Source of the DNA: Acidimicrobiia bacterium UBA4744
GTDB lineage: Bacteria > Actinomycetota > Acidimicrobiia > Spongiisociales > UBA4744
Length of the DNA: 64,000 nt
Assembly (NCBI GenBank): GCA_002403855.1
Contig: DHIO01000050.1
Location: forward strand, 16,598-80,597
Direction of reading: 5' to 3'
The notes beneath the pieces were generated by a model. The model was not told the DNA's origin, did no database searches, and saw only the letters and a list, made by a program, of their open reading frames with translations. This document shows positions 58,671 to 64,000 of the stretch, piece after piece. The translations under genes and the position numbers were made by a program. Each line of letters begins with the position of its first letter. Position 1 is the stretch's first letter.

Positions 58671-59030
58671 TCACGTTCCCTTCGGTTCGACCCAGAATGA
58701 ACGCAAGGGTACGGCGCTCGCCCGCAGCCACTCGAACGCTTCCCGGTAATCGGGTTCCCTCCCCGAACGTCTGGCCTGTTCGAGGTCGTCCTCGACATCT
58801 TCCAGAGCCGCCTGCAGACCGTACAAGTGGCCCTGCAACTCCTCGAGGTCGCGGCGAGAGATGATCAACTCGTCCGGTCCCAGCCCGTGCGAGGCCGCCA
58901 GCTTCCGGGCGATATGTGCTTGCTGACGGCATCCCTGCTTACAGTAGATCCGCCGGCGGCCCGCACCTCCCTGTTGAGGCAGTTCGCGGCCACACCATCC
59001 GCAGCGAGGCCGGAGCAGAGGTTTCGTCAT
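58671..59030 (-). CDS. hypothetical zinc-ribbon protein
   Basis: CGWCG...YCKQGC four-Cys motif near the N-terminus, 119 aa. The start is ATG 59030; the track's 5' extension would overlap the ybaK gene on the other strand and is rejected. Confidence 0.5.
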   Translation of the reverse strand: MTKPLLRPRCGWCGRELPQQGGAGRRRIYCKQGCRQQAHIARKLAASHGLGPDELIISRRDLEELQGHLYGLQAALEDVEDDLEQARRSGREPDYREAFEWLRASAVPLRSFWVEPKGT

Positions 59031-59081
59031 GTGACGAAGGGTACCGGATGGTTGGAATCCGCCGGGTAATCTGCTTGCTGC

Positions 59082-59579
59082 ATGGACGTCGTCGCAGCCG
59101 AACAACGGGTACTCAACGTGCTGGACTCGATCGGAAAGCCGTACGAGGTGATTGCCTGTGATCCGTCGTATGCCGACACGGCCGAGTTCTGCGCCCGGTA
59201 CGGTTACCCACTCGAACATTCGGCCAACACCATCGTCGTGGCATCGAAACGCCCACCGGGGCACCACGCCGCTTGTATCGTCCTGGCGACGACCCGATTG
59301 GATGTGAACAAGAAAGTGAGAGACCATTTGGGTGTGCGAAAGCTCTCGTTTGCCTCCCCGGAAGCAACGCGGGAGGTCACCGGAATGATGATCGGCGGCG
59401 TGACTGCCCTTGCGCTTCCTCCCTCCCTTCCTCTGCTGGTCGATGATCGAGTTATGGACCTCGATTGGGTCATTCTCGGTGGTGGAGGACGGTCCTCGAA
59501 AATCAAGACCTCGCCGGAGGTGTTGCTCGAACTGCCGGCCGTGGAGGTCATCAAGGATCTGGCCCGAGCCGACCCCTGA
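59082..59579 (+). CDS. YbaK/EbsC family aminoacyl-tRNA deacylase (Cys-tRNA(Pro) editing domain)
   Basis: ~165 aa; YbaK/ProX fold motifs (NTIVVASKR..., GGVTALALP). Confidence 0.7.
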   Translation: MDVVAAEQRVLNVLDSIGKPYEVIACDPSYADTAEFCARYGYPLEHSANTIVVASKRPPGHHAACIVLATTRLDVNKKVRDHLGVRKLSFASPEATREVTGMMIGGVTALALPPSLPLLVDDRVMDLDWVILGGGGRSSKIKTSPEVLLELPAVEVIKDLARADP

Positions 59580-59598
59580 TCGACGGTGGGCGCTCGAC

Positions 59599-60366
59599 TC
59601 AACCCACGGGGCGGGTTGATTCCCCTACCCCACCGGTCTTGCGGCTGCGGCGCAGTAGGGCGGCATATCCGCCGAGGCCGATCAACGCGAAGGCAAACCA
59701 CTGAATCGCGTACGCCAGATGGGAACCCGCCGTGAGCTCCGGAGGGGCCACCGGCACCGGCAACGAACCGGGCTGGACGGGCATCTGATCGGCCAGTTCA
59801 ACTGAGACCGGTGCCAGCACATAGGATGATTGTTGCTGGATACGAGGAATGTCGATCCAGTAGACGCGCTCCAGGGAGCCTTCTGCCGGATCGCGGGGAC
59901 CGAGCGCCGGCGCCGACTGCGAGTCGCGGACGGTGCCCGTCAGCCCTACGCGCCCCGTCGGGGGAAGGGCCGGTGACACCGGCGGCGTATCCAATTCCAG
60001 CGGCACCCACCCTCGGTTGATCAACACCGCCGTGGAGCCATCGGCCTGTACCAAGGGTGTGACCACATGGAATCCGGCTTCGCCGTTGTTCGTGCGCGAG
60101 CGGACGAGGATTTCCTCACTCACGTCGAACGTGCCTTCTACGAACGTCTGGCGGTATTCGAGCTCGTCGGAGGGCTCCGTCAGGAGCCGGCTGAGATCGG
60201 ACGGCGGGGCGGCGAGCCGCTCCGCCACGATGCTGTTGAAAGAGCGGCGTTCTTCCAGCCGGTCCAACTGCCAGATCCCCAGCCGGATGAATACGGCCGC
60301 AACCAACAGGACCAACAGGTGGCCCGCTATCCACAAGGGAGTGAGGTATCTCTGCATCCGAAGCAC
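59599..60366 (-). CDS. SURF1 family cytochrome oxidase assembly protein
   Basis: N-terminal TM (LWIAGHLLVLLVAAVFIRLGIWQLDR), C-terminal TM, SURF1 layout, 255 aa. Confidence 0.75.
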   Translation of the reverse strand: MLRMQRYLTPLWIAGHLLVLLVAAVFIRLGIWQLDRLEERRSFNSIVAERLAAPPSDLSRLLTEPSDELEYRQTFVEGTFDVSEEILVRSRTNNGEAGFHVVTPLVQADGSTAVLINRGWVPLELDTPPVSPALPPTGRVGLTGTVRDSQSAPALGPRDPAEGSLERVYWIDIPRIQQQSSYVLAPVSVELADQMPVQPGSLPVPVAPPELTAGSHLAYAIQWFAFALIGLGGYAALLRRSRKTGGVGESTRPVG

Positions 60367-60385
60367 GCATTATGGCCTTCCTGAG

Positions 60386-60562
60386 TCAGGCCACGGCTTC
60401 CTTGTCCAGTCCGAGCAGGGCCCGGGCGAAGTCGAGCGGGTCGAGACTCTCCGGAGCCGACAGAGCAACCGGCCGCTGCCTCCAATCGGCCACGGATTCC
60501 GGACGGACCGCCTCGTTCTCGATGAGGAGATCGGCGAGATCGTCGGTCCAGAACCACGGCAT
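60386..60562 (-). CDS. small hypothetical protein (58 aa), not in the ORF track
   Basis: ATG preceded by GGAGGTAGCTC RBS; MPWFWTDDLADLLIENEAVRPESVADWRQRPVALSAPESLDPLDFARALLGLDKEAVA. GC3-biased; 19 nt upstream of SURF1 on the same strand. Confidence 0.45.
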   Translation of the reverse strand: MPWFWTDDLADLLIENEAVRPESVADWRQRPVALSAPESLDPLDFARALLGLDKEAVA

Positions 60563-60660
60563 GAGCTACCTCCGGAGGGAGTGGGCGGGAGAGGAACACT
60601 TCTACCGTACCCCCCCTGTCAAGAGCCTCCGACCAGGCGAAATGCGCCGGTGGTCGCGCG

Positions 60661-62259
60661 CTAGCCAGATCCTGCCAGGGAGGTGCCACCAGTCCGGCGC
60701 GGATCCGCCGCCGCGACGAGTTCTCCGTCCGAATCCCAGTAGGCGGCGCCGACGCCACCGAAGTACATATCGATCGTTTCGAAGCGACGATTCGGGTAAC
60801 CGAGCCGATCAATGGGGAGCGAACCTTCATAGGCCACGAGCCATCCGTTCTTCTCGTCGTACTCGACGTGGACCCGCGGCTCGGCTATGGCGTCCGTGAG
60901 GGGCATGCCCAACTCGGTGAAGTTGAGCACGGTAGACAGGATGGCCGTCGTGATCCGGTCGGCACCCGGTGAGCCGACCGCCAGAATCCTGCCATCTTCA
61001 TGGCGGGCAACCGTTGGTGCCATATTGGAGGCGAGTCGGGTACCCGGAGCAAGCACGTGCAAACCCCGCCGGTTCAACTCGACCTCGCCCAGGCAGTTGT
61101 TCATCCACATCCCGGTACCGGGGGGCATCACCCCCGAGCCGTAGCCGGAAGAGATGGTGATAGAACATGCCGCCCCGTTCGAATCAACCGTGGACGTGTG
61201 AACGGTTGAAGGGGACTTCGAGAACGACTCGAGGTCCCCCTTGTCGGCAGCGCTCAGCAAGCGAAGCGCGTCACGGGAGAGATCGTCGCTGAAGTCGAGA
61301 TGCTCTCGCCGGAAGCCGAGCACCGCCATCTGGGCCCGGATGAGCCGGTCGTAGTCGTCCGGGGTCCAACTCTTCTCGGGATGGCCGTTCATGATCAGGA
61401 GCAGGGCCGTCAGGGTGATACCACCTATCGCCGGCGGCGGGTTGGTGACGATGTGCCATCCTTCGATCACCGCTTCGAGCGGCCGGCGAACCAGCGGCCG
61501 GTACTCGGCTAGATCCTCGGCAGTGATCAACCCTTCGTTCTCCTCCATATCGGCGGCAATCAACCGGGCAATCTCGCCCTGGTACATTGCCGCGCGAGGG
61601 CCCTGTTCGGCAATCATCCGCAGCGTCTCCGCCCGATGAGCAACTCGGATGGTGCCACCGCGCGGAATGAGGGAGCCATCTTCGCTGTGTAGCGCCTCTC
61701 TACTCGGCTCATGCCAGCCGAACACAACCTCGTGGCTGTACCGAAGGTAATCGCTGGAAGCTTGCGAGAGTGGAAAGCCGTCCCGGGCCAACTCGTAGGC
61801 CGGTTCGACCAGCAGCGGCCAGGGGAGCCGACCATACCGGGCCGATGCCATACCGAGCGCCGCCAATGCTCCCGGCGTCCCGACCGAGCCGTGTCCAACC
61901 GTCGTGGTGACTCCTCCGCCGTACTCCATGGTCACGTCGAACACCCCTTTCCCGAAGCGCTCTCGGGGCAGCCCCCGCCCCGGCATCTCGACGTAGCCGT
62001 CGATGGTCACGGCATCCGAACCCGGCACCCAGATCGTGACAAACCCTCCACCACCCAGCGCGCAAACCCCCGGTTCGGTGATCACCGAAACCAGGGCAGC
62101 AGCCACTGCTCCATCCACGGCGTTACCGCCCTCGTCGGCGATCCGCGCTGCGGCATCGGCTGCGAGCTGCGAGCTGGAAGCGGTGGCTATTCTCGGCATG
62201 AGGGCGCCAGCGTAGCCGGAACCCCGTCCTCCTGGTCTTGGCTGCACCGGCTCGGTCAT
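60661..62259 (-). CDS. ggt: gamma-glutamyltransferase
   Basis: GGNAVDGAVAAALVSVITEP N-terminal motif, autoprocessing Thr region (TVHTSTVDSNG), C-terminal GGT small-subunit motifs. Start ATG 62259 overlaps the stop of the upstream SSB-like gene (ATGA). Confidence 0.85.
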   Translation of the reverse strand: MTEPVQPRPGGRGSGYAGALMPRIATASSSQLAADAAARIADEGGNAVDGAVAAALVSVITEPGVCALGGGGFVTIWVPGSDAVTIDGYVEMPGRGLPRERFGKGVFDVTMEYGGGVTTTVGHGSVGTPGALAALGMASARYGRLPWPLLVEPAYELARDGFPLSQASSDYLRYSHEVVFGWHEPSREALHSEDGSLIPRGGTIRVAHRAETLRMIAEQGPRAAMYQGEIARLIAADMEENEGLITAEDLAEYRPLVRRPLEAVIEGWHIVTNPPPAIGGITLTALLLIMNGHPEKSWTPDDYDRLIRAQMAVLGFRREHLDFSDDLSRDALRLLSAADKGDLESFSKSPSTVHTSTVDSNGAACSITISSGYGSGVMPPGTGMWMNNCLGEVELNRRGLHVLAPGTRLASNMAPTVARHEDGRILAVGSPGADRITTAILSTVLNFTELGMPLTDAIAEPRVHVEYDEKNGWLVAYEGSLPIDRLGYPNRRFETIDMYFGGVGAAYWDSDGELVAAADPRRTGGTSLAGSG

Positions 62260-62585
62260 TTCGAAGGGGTCACCTCGATCTGGAATTGCCGGAAGGTGAC
62301 CTGCTCCGCCACTACCTCCACGCGGCTCCGGCGCCCTTCCGGATTCGACCAGAACCTCCGCTGCACAGCACCGGCCACCCACACCCGGTCGCCGATGCGG
62401 GGTTCCGGCACCAGTAGGTCGTCGGATGGATCCCACAGCGTGACCGGCAACACATCCACCCGATGTCGTGGTTCGTCGGTCCGCACGGTGACCAGCAATC
62501 TGACCAACCGCGCTCCGGATTGGAACACCCGCAGTTCGGGTGGCGCGGCCAGTCGACCGGAAAGCACGACGAGATTGAGGTCCAT
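62256..62585 (-). CDS. short single-stranded-DNA-binding (SSB-like OB-fold) protein lacking the acidic tail
   Basis: MDLNLVVLSGRLAAPPELRVFQSGARLVRLLVTV...DVLPVTLWD...IGDRVWVAGAVQRRFWSNPEGRRSRVEVVAEQV aligns along its length with the SSB OB domain. 109 aa, no C-terminal Gly/acidic tail. Confidence 0.65.
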   Translation of the reverse strand: MDLNLVVLSGRLAAPPELRVFQSGARLVRLLVTVRTDEPRHRVDVLPVTLWDPSDDLLVPEPRIGDRVWVAGAVQRRFWSNPEGRRSRVEVVAEQVTFRQFQIEVTPSK

Positions 62586-62710
62586 AGCTCCTCCTCGAGG
62601 TAGCCGGGGAGAGGCGGGAGGCAGAGTGCAAAACGTATCCGAGGGGAGTGACACCATCTCGTCCCCCCGGCCGGTTGGTGGGCGCCGGCAGTCGCCGTAG
62701 TGTTACCCCA

Positions 62711-63634
62711 ATGGGTACGAGCCGAGCTATCGAATTGGCCGATGGCCTCTTTGCGATCGATGCCTGGATGGAGGAGGGTCCGGAGCGTCTTGCCTGCTAC
62801 CTGTTCGACACGCCGGAACGGGTTCTGGTCGAGGTCGGACCTTCGAACACCCTCCATCATCTGACCGATGCGCTTGACGAACTGGGAGTCGACGAGGTTG
62901 CCACCATCGTCGTCACCCATATCCACATCGACCACGCGGGCGGCGCGGGACAGCTCGCGCGTCGTTACCCGAAGGCGAGCATCGGCGTCCACAAGTCCGG
63001 CGCTCGTCACCTTGCCGCGCCCGACCGCCTCTGGTCTTCGGCGATTCAGGTCTTCGGAGAGGAATGGCTCACATCGAATTGGGGCCCTCTGGAACCCGTT
63101 CCGGAAGAGCGAATACTCGTGCTCGATGAAGGCGATCGCGTCGCGCTGGGACGAGGACGGTTCCTGGACGTCATGCACACCCCCGGCCATGCCAGGCATC
63201 ACATCGTGTTTCACGACGGAGAATCCGGCGGAATGTTCGTCGGCGACTCGGTTGGTCTCTGCTATCCGCACGGCCACTTCGTTCAGCCCGTGACACCGCC
63301 GCCGGACTTCGACGCAGGTCTTGTCGTCGAGCAGATGCACCGGATGCTAGAGCGGCAACCGACCTTCTTGGGGTTTGCGCACTTCGGTCCCGACTATCGG
63401 GTTGCCGAGACCCTGGCCAAGGCCGAGGAACGAATCTGGGATTGGGTCCGGGTGGTGGAAAAAACGGCCCACCTCGACGGCCAAACCGCAGCCGAAGAGC
63501 TCAAGCGGTGGAACCGCCGTAACTACCTCGATTCGGGGTTCAGCCAAGATGACATCCTCGAGTACGAAGCCAAGACGTTTTGGCCGATGCAGGTAGCCGG
63601 AATCAGGCGATGGCTGGCGACCCGGAAGAGTTGA
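62711..63634 (+). CDS. MBL-fold metallo-hydrolase
   Basis: HIHIDHAGG metal-binding motif, downstream His/Asp ligands. Confidence 0.8.
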   Translation: MGTSRAIELADGLFAIDAWMEEGPERLACYLFDTPERVLVEVGPSNTLHHLTDALDELGVDEVATIVVTHIHIDHAGGAGQLARRYPKASIGVHKSGARHLAAPDRLWSSAIQVFGEEWLTSNWGPLEPVPEERILVLDEGDRVALGRGRFLDVMHTPGHARHHIVFHDGESGGMFVGDSVGLCYPHGHFVQPVTPPPDFDAGLVVEQMHRMLERQPTFLGFAHFGPDYRVAETLAKAEERIWDWVRVVEKTAHLDGQTAAEELKRWNRRNYLDSGFSQDDILEYEAKTFWPMQVAGIRRWLATRKS

Positions 63635-64000
63635 TCGGCTGACCGGGGTCGATCTGCCGCACCGGGGGTGGCTCGGGCGGCCTCGGCAACAGATCCTCCC
63701 TGGTCATCCGCCTCCCGTAGACGAAGACCGGCATGCCCAGCTCCAGTTTGGTAGTCAAGTAGTCCATGTCGTGAAGTTCGACCCGCACGCAGCCATGGGA
63801 AGCCGGGTAGGGCGGAACGCTCTTGGATCCGTGGATCGCGTATCCGCCCCGGAAATAGAACGGCCGGTACAAACCACCCAGATAGGAAATCCGCCAGCCT
63901 TCGTAGCGCTTGTAGAACTCGTATCCGCCCTCGGGCGTACGCGCCCGGACGGCTGTTCCGCGGGCGCTCCGGTAGGTTTCCCCGTTGCCGGAGGAAACCG
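63603..64000 (-). CDS. L,D-transpeptidase (YkuD domain), 5'-partial at window edge
   Basis: HGS...SHGCVRV catalytic motif; ORF continues beyond position 64000. Convergent 32-nt overlap with the MBL gene. Confidence 0.65.
   Translation of the reverse strand, partial: VSSGNGETYRSARGTAVRARTPEGGYEFYKRYEGWRISYLGGLYRPFYFRGGYAIHGSKSVPPYPASHGCVRVELHDMDYLTTKLELGMPVFVYGRRMTREDLLPRPPEPPPVRQIDPGQPINSSGSPAIA

Overview
This is a high-GC chromosomal segment, almost certainly actinobacterial, with about 65 protein-coding genes at high coding density. No rRNA, tRNA or CRISPR arrays were seen.

Work was done from the six-frame ORF track, with starts re-derived by hand from motifs, RBS-like purine runs and overlapping stop/start junctions. 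The track treats GTG and TTG as M and omits ORFs under 60 aa.

Left end (1-9.8 kb): tail of an upstream gene, hpt, a DUF151 bifunctional-nuclease family gene, a K+ channel gene, a MerR regulator gene, a small conserved ORF, gcvT-gcvPA-gcvPB, an alpha/beta hydrolase, adenosine deaminase, GNAT. This resembles the mycobacterial Rv1828-gcvB neighbourhood.

Housekeeping block (9.8-20 kb): yajQ, yqgE, rnhB, a coiled-coil SLT lytic transglycosylase, a DUF4388/PATAN protein, an SDR gene, an operon of OmpA-BON, an orphan type-1 substrate-binding lipoprotein and a membrane protein, and cysK.

Centre (20.2-27.6 kb): a complete Tad/Flp tight-adherence pilus locus. It comprises cpaB, tadZ, tadA, tadB, tadC, a Flp pilin, three TadE/TadG pseudopilin genes, and a poly-Thr membrane protein encoded through an (ACA)14 microsatellite.

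Right half (27.6-64 kb):
- Downstream of the Tad locus: a DUF222/HNH endonuclease and an MMPL transporter.
- 31.5-38 kb: an HSL-type esterase, YceI, a second adenosine deaminase fused in operon with a DUF62 SAM hydroxide adenosyltransferase, and an amino-acid ABC transporter.
- 38.2-47.5 kb, a sugar locus: DeoR, a sugar-binding protein, two permeases, a GH97 glycosidase, an ABC-2 exporter, and a ROK kinase.
- 47.5-58 kb: oxidoreductases, a GT-B glycosyltransferase with a novel N-terminal half, TipAS, MFS, an AlkZ/YcaQ-like protein, an SLH-repeat L,D-transpeptidase, and a 5'-truncated class-3 lipase remnant.
- 58.3-64 kb: trxA behind a GGAAT-N18-GTT ECF (SigH/SigR-type) promoter, YbaK, SURF1, a short SSB-like OB-fold protein translationally coupled to gamma-glutamyltransferase, an MBL hydrolase, and a partial L,D-transpeptidase.

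The noncoding features I would look at first are the perfect palindromes at 31328-31343 and 58090-58107, the degenerate heptamer tandem repeat at 42532-42596, and the apparently frame-split MerR region at 2.87-3.04 kb.

All functional calls are family-level inferences from motifs I recognise in the translations. No database search was run.
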